A DNA stretch of 59,859 nt, taken from positions 1-59,859 of the forward strand of contig ADNK01001682.1 of NCBI GenBank assembly GCA_000320545.1. Reading direction: 5' to 3'. Below are positions 1 through 11,048 of the stretch, piece by piece. The DNA is from Bigelowiella natans CCMP2755. Taxonomy: Eukaryota > Protista > Cercozoa. The notes below the pieces were generated by a model. The model saw nothing but the letters and a program-made list of their open reading frames with translations, made no database searches and was not told the origin of the DNA. The first letter of the stretch is position 1, and every line of letters begins with the position of its first letter. Made by a program: the position numbers and the translations under genes.

Positions 1-28
1 TGCGTGTTTCCGCCGCACATGTCCATCG

Positions 29-92
<64 letters not shown>

Positions 93-284
93 TATCCGTG
101 GAGGGAACAACCCTTCTTGTCCTTATAAACATCACGTGAAAATACAAGGACGATCTTATGTAGGCCAATCATGATGATGATGACGAGGATGATGATGACG
201 ATGATGATGACTATCACGATGGTTGATGAAGGGTTCCTCAAATGTGACGGTGTGTGGTGAATACTGCTGATGTTGGCCATCATC

Positions 285-414
285 AGGAGTCTTGCGTCTG
301 GTCAGTCGAATCAAGATGCTGGTGAGACATATACGCTCACCCACTGCCTTCACTGTGTCAGATCTGCAACCTCTTTTTCAAACCTTCCTATGCGCTCTGT
401 CTTTTCCTTGTTGT

Positions 415-461
<47 letters not shown>

Positions 462-1543
462 ACTCTTTCTCCCCCCCCCCCCACACCCCCATCCCCATTT
501 GTTTGTGCGCATTTAACTGACGTGTAAATCAAAGGACCGCCCTTAGTAATGCCCCCTCCTTATTCAATCCCGACGATGGTTTGGCTGTACCTTGCTTGTT
601 TCTGGACATCTGCACCGCAGGTAGTAGTGGTGGGACGTTGTGGCGTGGTGGAAGTGGGGGCGGGGGGGGGGGGGGAGAGAGTGGAAGAACAAAGAGAGAG
701 AGAGAGCGAGAAAGATGCATACGCAGTAGCAAGCAGCCTCTATCATCTATCTCTTGCTGAGTGCACTAAATACCTGCAACTGCATCATCACCACCAACCA
801 ACAACGCTGTGTTCCTTCCTGCAAAGGTGCCGTGGATGATGCTTGCATTGATGGGGATTGAAGGCGCCAGCCTTTTCATCAGGAGAGATCTTTCAGAAAC
901 GCTCATTTGGGAGTCCGAGGTCATGTTACACCACAGCCTGCAAATGATGAGCTCTCCTTTCCCCACATTGATTTTAGCGGCTTTGCGACACGATTTCTGG
1001 TTTTTATAACACAAGATTATGCGAGGCTATGTCTCTATGCTCCTTATACTCATCTCCCCCCCCCTCCCCCCCTCCTCTTTTTTTTCAATTATCAGGTGCA
1101 GAAGAAAGAGAAGAAAGGCATATTGGAATTGGGGGGAGTGTTAAAGAAGGTAGTAGGTGTTGTCGTAGTAGATTCTCTCCCCCCAACCAATATTTTCCCG
1201 CTCTCCCCCCCTCTCGATACACCCTGGCTTCTTCACATATATCCCCCCTTCTACTTGCATGTTATCTATATAGTAACGTGGTGCTGTGGGTGCAGTTGCG
1301 TGTGTGTTTGCGTGTGTGTGTGCGTGCCCTCCAACGTCAAAATGGGTAGGATGTCATTGTGGCAAATTATCATTACCATCATCATCACCATCATCGTTAA
1401 CCATAGCAATAATAGTAGTAATAATGGGAATGATAGTGATAATGGTGACTATCATCTTGCCTCCATAACCAAAGGGACTTCGACTAATCGGAGCATACCA
1501 ATATAAGCTTTCTCTCATCGTCTCCGCGTTGGAGGTCGGTGCC

Positions 1544-1594
<51 letters not shown>

Positions 1595-2307
1595 GGAGAG
1601 AGAGAGAGAGAGAGAGCGAAACAATCTCTGCTCCGAACTTCCACTTCCAATTTGGCGGAGACAGCAGCAGGGTTGAGTGGGGGAGGGTGCAGACAATGAT
1701 GATAGTTGTTCCAACTAACTTTGGCCTTCTCGATGCGATTGAGGTTTCTCATCAGAACTGTAATGCATCATCATCTTCCCTACCCCCTTCCCCCCCCTCC
1801 CTCCCCTCCCTTCCGCGTCTCGCCCCTGATAACGGGTATATCCTCCCTCACTCAAAACGCAGCGAGCTAAGAACTCCATATCGTTTGCGGATACGCTTGG
1901 GAGCGTGATGCTCTATGCGGCGCTGGCCTTTCTCTGTTTGGTCGCGAGCATCCTCATCTCGATGATGTACTACGATGAGTCGCAACCACCCCCCCTTCCC
2001 CCCCTGCCCCCATTTTGCCGTCTAATTGTCGTTGGCTCGAATCGATTCCCCCCGAAAAACTTAGAGAGATGACCGTCGATGTGAGCTTGTTGGCCGCGTT
2101 GTTGTGGTGGTGTCAGGCCGGTTGGGCTGCCATGGTTCCTCGTCGGTGCAGGAGCCCTCCTCCCCCCTTACGTGAAGCTGTACAAGCTGTATATGGGCCA
2201 TTCAAAGGTACACGATTGCCGCATTTATTGTTTGCTAGCATTGCTGCCCTTGCGTGTTATGGGGGTGTTGATGATCAGGGGAGGTGGGGAGGGGGTTATA
2301 AGGCAAA

Positions 2308-2349
<42 letters not shown>

Positions 2350-3061
2350 TCTCACACTCTATCTGTCTGTGTGTGTGTGTGTGTGTGTTTTCGTATATCA
2401 TTTTCATAGCTTTTGTGTTATCTCGTGAGTGGTGGGAGAGAGGGATTGGTCAGAGAGAGAAACTACATGGTATTTCTCGAAGAATTCGCTGCATTCTCGC
2501 AATGATCTCCGTACATGCGTGTGTGCGTATCTGATGACGGGTAGATTTGCAACGCCGAGAAGAGAAAGAACCCGGACTTCTTCGATCGCTTTAAGATGTA
2601 TTCCCGACACATTTGATGCCCATTCTCCCCTCAAATACTACGACTTTGGGGAAACGCACGTGAACGCCCATGAGTCCTTTGCGTGCATTTATCCACATCA
2701 TCAGCCACGCAAGGACAATGAGTTGGTGATGAATATTGTTTTTTTTGTTTACTGCCATTATCTGCTTTTCCTTCTTCTTCTTCTTCTTGCTTCTTGCTTC
2801 TTGTGGAAATAACGAAGGTCCGCTCTAAGCTTGGCGGAAAACTTCTTGAATCATCTCCCAGATCAGTATGAGTTGGCTCATAGGTATTATCACGCCTCAC
2901 ACCTCTTTACCTATTCTTCTTCGCAAAACCAGGGAAGAATGGTGGGGGTGGTAGCATATGGCAGGGAGTATAGGAGACTTGCCGGGTTTAGCATGATGGC
3001 AAGCCTGATATTTATTTGCCACCGCGCCATTTCTTCGGGTTGGTCAGATGCAAAGATCTGA
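285..3061 (+). CDS. Multi-exon probable multi-pass membrane protein of unknown function (5' part likely outside the window)
   Basis: AG/GT-bounded hydrophobic segments separated by microsatellite-filled introns, e.g. PPLVMPPPYSIPTMVWLYLACFWTSAPQ, VPWMMLALMGIEGASLFIRR, LGSVMLYAALAFLCLVASILISM, MTVDVSLLAALLWWCQAGW. Last exon ends ...LAGFSMMASLIFICHRAISSGWSDAKI* at 3061. No family recognised. Confidence 0.4.
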
Positions 3062-3942
3062 ACTTACGCTGCTGCCATAGTCCTAATCCTTGCTGTTTGT
3101 TGCTGTCGGTCGCAGGCACATCTGTGATTCTCAAATCATAGTCTAACGGCGAAGATAGACGTGCGCAGCTAATAGCAGCGACGAGATTCTGCCGAATAAA
3201 ACAGTGAAAAACGTCGAAAATTCAATGAAAAATGACGTCGTCCTCTTATCTCTCGTGCAAAGGCTGTTGTATGGTGGGATGCTTTAGGCGGTCTTGAACA
3301 GTGTTTTTTGGTTATTATTATGTGAATGTATCGAAGTGCAACGCCAGAACGCATGCATTCGTTGTGTGCTCATGTCATAGTAATTGTCGCGTCAGTCGTG
3401 CAGTGTTGTCGCGTACTTCCTAGAACTTTCTCACCAACTGTTATTATCGTGACATCCTCTGAGCCGTTGTGCTTGCTGCAATAATCATGAAACAGATGCT
3501 TAATACACATGTATTAGGCTCTTACAGACTATCTAGCGCTAGACAATCAAAAAACGTGCCGTTGGCCTCGCCAACTCGTCATTGCACCAAACGTGCGCGT
3601 GATTGTATCGATCTCAGGACGGGCAAATGCAGCTAACTAGCTAAGCTAGCTAGCTAGGACGCATGCACTTGCATACATGCTAGCATGCAGCATGCATTCA
3701 ATCAAGCAATGTACACGTAATTAGCATGCATAGCATCAAAGATATCATGCTAGCATGGCTGTGAATATATTGAGTCCCGCATTGCTAGATTGGTCAGTCG
3801 GTTCGTGACAAAGCAACAACGAATCGAAGCAAAAAGAGTGCGGCAATGCTGCTGCCTGCTATGCCACAGGAAAAGCAGGGATGAGCTCCGCAGCGACGCA
3901 GAACTATTAATAATCCACATGGTATCTTGCGATTAAACTTTC

Positions 3943-6115
3943 CTACTGTGAGTTTCTAAGATCCTTCTCGTGAAAGTCTTTTGTGAGAGCGATGTATTCC
4001 TCCGTATATGTTCCATCTCGATTTCGAATACAAATCGACGGTACGACGCCTCCGCCTGGGCCGCGTACGATATCCATGGGGTCGCGGGGCCTTCGAGCCT
4101 TTGGCATCTCGGTTCTATCTTCTGCGCGCCTTCGCGCATCAGTAGGAGCCCTCTCTGTGCTCATGTCGATTTGATGGTCAACGGCGTTGTGCATTGAGGC
4201 CGCCAGCTCGTCAGATTCTTTATCTTCGTTGTTATTCCTCGCGTTGTTATCGAAGGGTGTTAGTCCGGCGCTAGCAGTCTCAGCACCGTGATTCCCCAGC
4301 CTCCGACTCGCTTGTGGATAGCGGTTTTGGCCCCGGACGTGACTACAGAATGCGACGAGTGTGCGGCGCGGCTGACCGCTGTTTGCGTTGCAGCTTCGTA
4401 AGGCGTATGCGGGAGTAAGAAGGGCCTTTCTAGCCGCTGCTAGCACCTGCAATGTTCAAAACGGCTATATGAGAAGGACGTTTCTGCTGAGGCGACAATA
4501 CTTATGATCGATAGGGTGTGCAAAAAGCTTGTGATCTCGTCATTTTCGGAACCCCCCCCCCCCCTCCCCCTGAACGGGAGCTGCAACCGACCTGCATCTC
4601 AGAGCTGGAGGGGAAGACCGTAAAGAAGAGAGGGTGCTGTTGCTTCTGATTGGAGAAGGTCTCCTTTCTCTCGTTTTTCTTCGCAGTTTGCCGTGCGGCT
4701 CGGGGCTGCTCCGCTTGACAAGGACTGCTGCGAATAGGAGGGGGCTTGAGGTGCCTCGCAACGCTTTCGAAGAGGTCATTCAGAGGGAGGCCCAGGTTTG
4801 CATGCCGAGCGACCTGAGCAGCGATTTGGTTGGTGATATTTCTACGATATGAGGAGTCAGTGAAAAAGACAGGTGCGCCATTCGAATGTGGTGCGCTATC
4901 GCTGACTCGATAACCTTGTGTTTTTTTGGTTTTGTGTGATAAGGAAGGCAAGATACAGCAGGGGAGGAAGAGGAGGAGAGGAGGAGAAGGACGGACGAAA
5001 CCCTACCGCTCGTCGTGTGGAGACTGAAAAGCCGCTGCTATCATGCGCTGATGCTGTACTCGTCTGCATTGGCGACGAAGAGGCGATAATAGAGTCATCT
5101 TCGCCTCGTAGATGAGCCCCCCCAGAAGCATAGCCATCGTTGAAGAAAAAAGGCGGGTTCGATACGATAACATCATATGAACCGCTAATCAAGAAAACAA
5201 GAGCGTTAGGCTGCACTTGACTGACTGCTTCAAAACGCGTATCTGGAAAAGAGAGATGCGTGTGGAAGTAATCTTGACGATGCAATTTCTTTATTGAAGT
5301 CATACCGGCCGTTCTGATTATTGTTGTTCATAACGCCAAGATCGTCACAGGGGTTACTACCAGCAGCAGCCCCTGCGAAGTCTTGAATCCTTGTGTGAAA
5401 ACCGCGCAATCGCGGGGAGAACGCAGACTTTTCAAAGTTATCTTGTGCCTGTGGTGCAATGAAAGATGGCATCAGTTTCAAGTCGGTTGTGCTCTTTCGA
5501 GCGGAGAGAGAGGGACTTGCGTCGTTAACATCGCAAACCCAGAAAGGGGATGCAATCATCCAAAAAGGCAGGACGGGCATGGCGAAGACTTACCTGGAAA
5601 AAGCTAAGCGCGTCAGCTTCCACTGCATCAACCTTCGCTGAGGGAAACTCCTGATAGACGTCGAGAAATTGCTCATACTGTTCGAATGAGCGACGACGTG
5701 TATTCGCGAAAAGCAAGAATAAAGCTGCACTCACACCACCTGCGCGGCCATGAGGGCAAGGAGGCCGCAGCCAGTGCCTATATCCAGCACTCGAGTCGGA
5801 GTGATTCCGGCAAACTTGAGCACTGAAACCATCCAAGCTCCGAGTAAGATGCCGTCGGCGCCGACCTGAGGCCAAACGTTTGCGATTTGAGCAAAACCAG
5901 ACTAGTAAGCACTCTTCTGCAAAACACCAGATCGCTTTACCAATTTCTAAAAGGTATACATATGAACTTATTCGCATATGTCTGCGCGCGTCCATGAGCT
6001 TAAAAGTCACCTTGTGGGCGCATCGATCATGGAGAACCTGAAACTTCTTCAACCTGAAGGGACCTCCCCCCCTGCCTCCTTTTGTCGTCATATCTCTTCG
6101 CTCAGAGCCTCCCAT
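3943..6115 (-). CDS. trmN6: tRNA1(Val) adenine(37)-N6-methyltransferase-like protein (TrmN6/YfiC family), spliced
   Basis: Spliced exons give [16 protein letters not shown]|[11 protein letters not shown]...[18 protein letters not shown]|[13 protein letters not shown]...[14 protein letters not shown]...[11 protein letters not shown]...ARHA...[19 protein letters not shown]. These match the YfiC N-terminus ([18 protein letters not shown]), SAM motif I, motif IV NPPF and the C-terminal motif. Start is uncertain (ATGs at 6115 and 6091). Confidence 0.88.
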
Positions 6116-6423
6116 GACCACAATATTCGCTCGCCCTAGTTGAAGAGATAATTTTTTTCGTAAAAACCGTGAAGGCGGGGAGGGGACGGGGAGGGCGGCG
6201 GCGCGGAAGAAAATCCTCCTCCCCATCCGCCCGCCGGTCGGAATTTCGAATCCCGGTTTTTAAAAGAAATGCTATTAAATAAAGGTAATTTATTAAGTGC
6301 GACAAGAAGTATTACTTTGTAAAATTAAAAAAACTAGAAAATGTCTTAAATTTCCTGGTAGATCGGAAACGTCCTTCAGCGCCGCCTTCCCCCTCCCTCT
6401 TGGGTCGCCGCCATTGTGCCCAG

Positions 6424-8122
6424 ATGATCTTGAGGGGGGACCATAAGTTCGTTTTCAAGCGCATGCTTGGTGAGTTCGGGAATTGCTGTTTTTTTTTTTT
6501 TTCGAGCGCCCTTCGCTCGGCCCCTCTGCTCTTTTCCCACGTATGTTCTCCATCAGGGAGGGGCAGCTTTGGAGAAGTATACTTAGCTGTGAGCGAGCAG
6601 ACCCAACAGGAAGTGGCCATCAAAAAGGTTTTCTGTTGCCCGCATAAGTGTTTCCTTCGTGGAGGCTTCTCTCGATATATTTCACATCGACTGCAATTTA
6701 TGTGCGCTTGTGTGCGTTTGTGTGTGTGCACGCTTATAGGAGACCGTGGCCAGAAGTGACCTCAACAACAACAACCGGTGCGTCTATAAACCGTTTTGAT
6801 ATATCCAATACTTTCATGTGTGCGCAAAACCTTACAATATATTGCAAAACACAGTCGCAGTGCAAATCGGAGTCTTATTCGTGAATACAAGGTACGGGAT
6901 CTGCCATTCCTCTCCAACCGCACAGATTGCTCGACTTGTTTCTTGCGCTATTTGATGCATTTTTCAGTTGTTATACGAAGTTGATGTGCATTCACATGCG
7001 AGCCTGTCACCTGCCTACTCGAGGGAGAATGAGCTTATTAATGTCGCTGCTTTCTGTGTATGCGAGAAGTTCCTTCGCTTCCTGGACGGAGGAATCGGCA
7101 TTCCACGCGTTTATAGCTTCGTGCCGGGAGAAAAGGTGATCTCAACTTACGATTAAACACGGTGAGAATGCCGACTGAACGAGCGATATATCTGATATAG
7201 GACATGATGGTGTACGAGTATCTTGGCCAAGATTTGAGCGAACTACTGGCTAAAGCCGGAGGAAGGTAGCAGCGGCAGAGATCTCCTTTGCGTCCAGTAT
7301 TTAGAGTTGAATGGATATGACCTCGAAATGTGTATGCTTTGTTGGCTCTTTTCATATGAATACAGTTTCTCCATGAAGACAGTACTGATGCTGGCAGATC
7401 AGATGCTTTCGAGGTGCAATAGTAGTAGTAGTAGTAGTTAGTTCTGACTCGTACGACATTATAGATGCATTATATATTATGTTTAAAATAATGAATGTTG
7501 ATGTGCGGTAGTTGTGATGATTTTGATTTCTTATCTGGTTGCTTTGTTTTGTGTTGGGGTGCCCATCTCTCTCAGGCTGGAATACCTGCATTCGATGCAC
7601 ATCGTACATCGAGACATCAAACCGCAAAACTTCACGATGGTCAGTGCAAAACATTGAACGTTGCATGCCATTGCATTTCTCTAGTTGTGTTTGACTTCCT
7701 CTGGCCTTTACTCGTCTGCCGTCGTCATTCATCAATCCCATCCCCCGCCCCTTCCATTACGATGATCAGGGGGTCGGGAAGAGATCTAAACTGGTCTATT
7801 TGATTGATTTTGGGTTGTGCTACTTTCACCCGAGAGGCAGAAACACGGTCAAAAAGGTGCGTGTGTGGGGCAAGTGCGAAAGGGAAAATAACGATTTGTT
7901 ACGATAGCTGTTGACCTCACGACATTATTTCTTTCTCATCAATAATTTCCCCAACGGGTAGATTAGTAGCAGCCATAATCTTAATCTTCCTTACCGAACG
8001 ATATCAACACTTTCTTAAGATGCGATGTGCATTCGTCGATGGTCATTACATATACGACATATAAATAAATAATGTTTTTCATTTGCATACACACAAACAC
8101 ACACACACACACATATATTAAA

Positions 8123-8159
<37 letters not shown>

Positions 8160-9572
8160 CATTTAATGGTAAATTTTTGCGTGCGAATATACAACATCCC
8201 ATCACCGAGCGTCCTTAAAATATAATGTTAAATCTATGACACCGACGCCCAGGCCAAGGGAATTCTGGCAGGGGGGAAGCTGCATGCTGATATGGTAGAG
8301 ACATTTCCTCCCAGCACCTAATCAGAGATCATTCAGTTGTATTAGCTTTTACTATAATATGCTATGGATACATATGTTTGTGTGCGTGTGGTGGGTGTAT
8401 ATAAAAACAGGTCGGAACTGCCCGTTTTGCATCCGTGAATGCGCACCGAACTCAAGGTGTGCTCGCTACACAATTGAATGAGAATGAACAATGATGATGA
8501 AGAGGATGGGTAGCAGCAGTGAAGGCGAAAATTTTGGAAAAGGAAGAAACAAACTGATGCTAGCGATAACTGCACCTTCTCGTCTCTCCCTCTCCGTCGT
8601 TTCACTCGTCTACTATAAATAATAGCTAAAGTGCTTGCTTGTGATATTCTCTTCTTACAGAACAGACGTTCTCAGACGATATGGAATCTCTAGCATACGT
8701 CTTAGGTAGTAGTAGTTGTAGTAGTAGCAGTATTTAGAAGGCGGCTGAAGGGCAGTGAGGGAAGTGTCAAATCTCTGAGATTAGTTGATACTTTCGATCT
8801 GAAACGATGATTTGAAACAATATAGAAGAGAACGCCTTGGATGGTTTGTTTTTACGTGACGCAAAATGGAATAGAGAATAATTTTTTTTACTTTGATAAA
8901 ATGCTCTGTTCTATCGGTGCGAAAATGGCTCTATTCTCTCCCTCACCCCCTCTCCCCCCCTTCTCTCCCCCCCTTTCACACACCACACACACGCACATAC
9001 ACAGTTTGCATACGGGGCTGCTTCGCAAGTGTGCTAGCCGTACAGCTCGTTCATGAACGTGTCGATGAATGAGAGTAATGAATGAGAGTAACGATAGCAA
9101 ATGCCATTTCACAGTTTTCCTCTACAACGGGAAGCTGCCTTGGCAAGGAATGGGAGAAAGGTGATTGTGGATCCGCTAGCAATTATCAACAATTTCGTGA
9201 CTGAGAAGAGAGGGAGTAGTGCCACCATTGTGCGGGTGAGTGTCTTAGTAGCAGGGCAATAGCAATAACATCGTCGTTCACCCAAAGCTGCACTCTCATT
9301 GCAATTTCGTACAATTAGGAAAAGTCCCTTCATTCGCATTAGAAAGTGCAAAGAGAGGTAAGTGTACTTATTATAATGAAGTCAGTGATGGACGATAAGA
9401 TAATCTTATGCAGCTATCCGAGCAATCCAAATACACATCTGGAAGCACGCGCAATGTCTATGCATAGTACTTGTCGTGTGCGTGCGCGTTTCGCTGTGTT
9501 CTTAAACGGAATACTGGACACAAGCATAAACCAGAACAACATGCATATCGATATATTCTATTTAATACACCA

Positions 9573-9635
<63 letters not shown>

Positions 9636-10231
9636 GTAATATTATATTTACACATGTATTATTATTTAATATGTGATGTAGAACCCCTTTGACGGAGCTC
9701 TGCAAAGATTTTCCCCAAGGCCTCCAGGATATCATCAAAGACTGTCGACAGAATGTAGAACTACCACTCTTATTATGGAACAGTTAAACGACATGATAGA
9801 GACGATAGTATGTGACGGTATTTCTCTTCAAAATTCCGTGCATAACAGCTGCATGTTACCATTCATCTCAGAGAATTCAGCCTCCCTATACGGCGCAGAG
9901 GAAAGTCTTTCGTGACGGGCTGACAAAGATGGAGGAGGTAGTTTTGGGCATTGTAATAGAGCCAAAACTGCCAGATTATTCACAAGCCACCGATGCGTTA
10001 TTCTCATTTCCCCTTAGAATGATAAGACATGATAGAATCTAGTGGTGATAACAACCCATGTTTAGGAAGCTTTGAATACAAAGTGACCATCGCAGCAATG
10101 GGTGTAACGTTTGCTATTACTGCTAGGTTTTAGATTGGCAATTCGACTGGGAGAGCTCCCAGAATAGCAATCGGCAGCAAGGGGGAGCGGCTACTAGTAC
10201 GTCAAGCCAGCATCTACAGCTAACTGAATGA
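6424..10231 (+). CDS. Casein kinase 1-family Ser/Thr protein kinase (divergent), about 15 short exons
   Basis: GT-AG exons assemble to [118 protein letters not shown], stop TGA at 10229-10231. CK1 hallmarks are [12 protein letters not shown], GTARxASxN, LPWQG and FDW. Confidence 0.88.
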
Positions 10232-11048
10232 CATTCTTTCCCTTCAAGTGCGGCCAATTCATCTAGTCACATGCAAGCTGTGCATGCAAGCTAGAGCGTG
10301 AAATGTGTGTCGTATTGACATGCCATTGATCTTGTCACTCAATTTGCCAATAAGTTTCAATGCAAATCGTCACAGAACAAACATATCGCTGAGGTGCATT
10401 GCATGCAAGAAAGCACATGATGCATGTGCGCGCACAAAATTTGAAGAAATCAACGTTCCGCGCTAAAACACGTGCTGAAATATTTGAAACGCGCATGCAT
10501 CCTTGCGCGCTATACCAGCGTGAAAATGACATGACAAACACATGCACGTCGCACCAGCACGCGAAATCGCGCCGCAAAAGACTTTGCATGAACAGCAAGG
10601 CAGAAACGTCAAGATGCTGACCGATGACGCATGCTCGATCGAAGAATGTCCGTGTAACAACAATGTAGTTGGTATTGTCATCATGCTACATTAGATGGTG
10701 CAAAACACAAAACGACGTCATGAAACTCAATTGATTATCAATAGTCAACCGCGTTGACATCACTGAAATAGGTACTGGTGTTATGCTCCTTGTCCTCATT
10801 TTGAATTTCAAAATTCTCGTCTTTTGTGATCAGCTCACGTCCAAAGGTCCAGCCGAGTGTATTTCGTCAGTCTGTTTTAAAAAAAATGGAGGGACTTCAC
10901 CGCACAAAGATTCGCTCACAGGAAGGTAAAAGAATTGCCATAGAACGAACTCTCTAGGCTCCGGAGTCACTTCTCCACAGAAATGATACTGAGTTACTTC
11001 TTGTCCAGACATAACCAACTAATATCCCACAAGCAGGAAGAAATCTCC

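Noticed and set aside
3943-4452. Stand-alone 169-aa ORF with a mitochondrial-like N-terminus
   Set aside because: It ends in the TrmN6 C-terminal motif and starts at a CAG acceptor, so it is the last exon of the methyltransferase.
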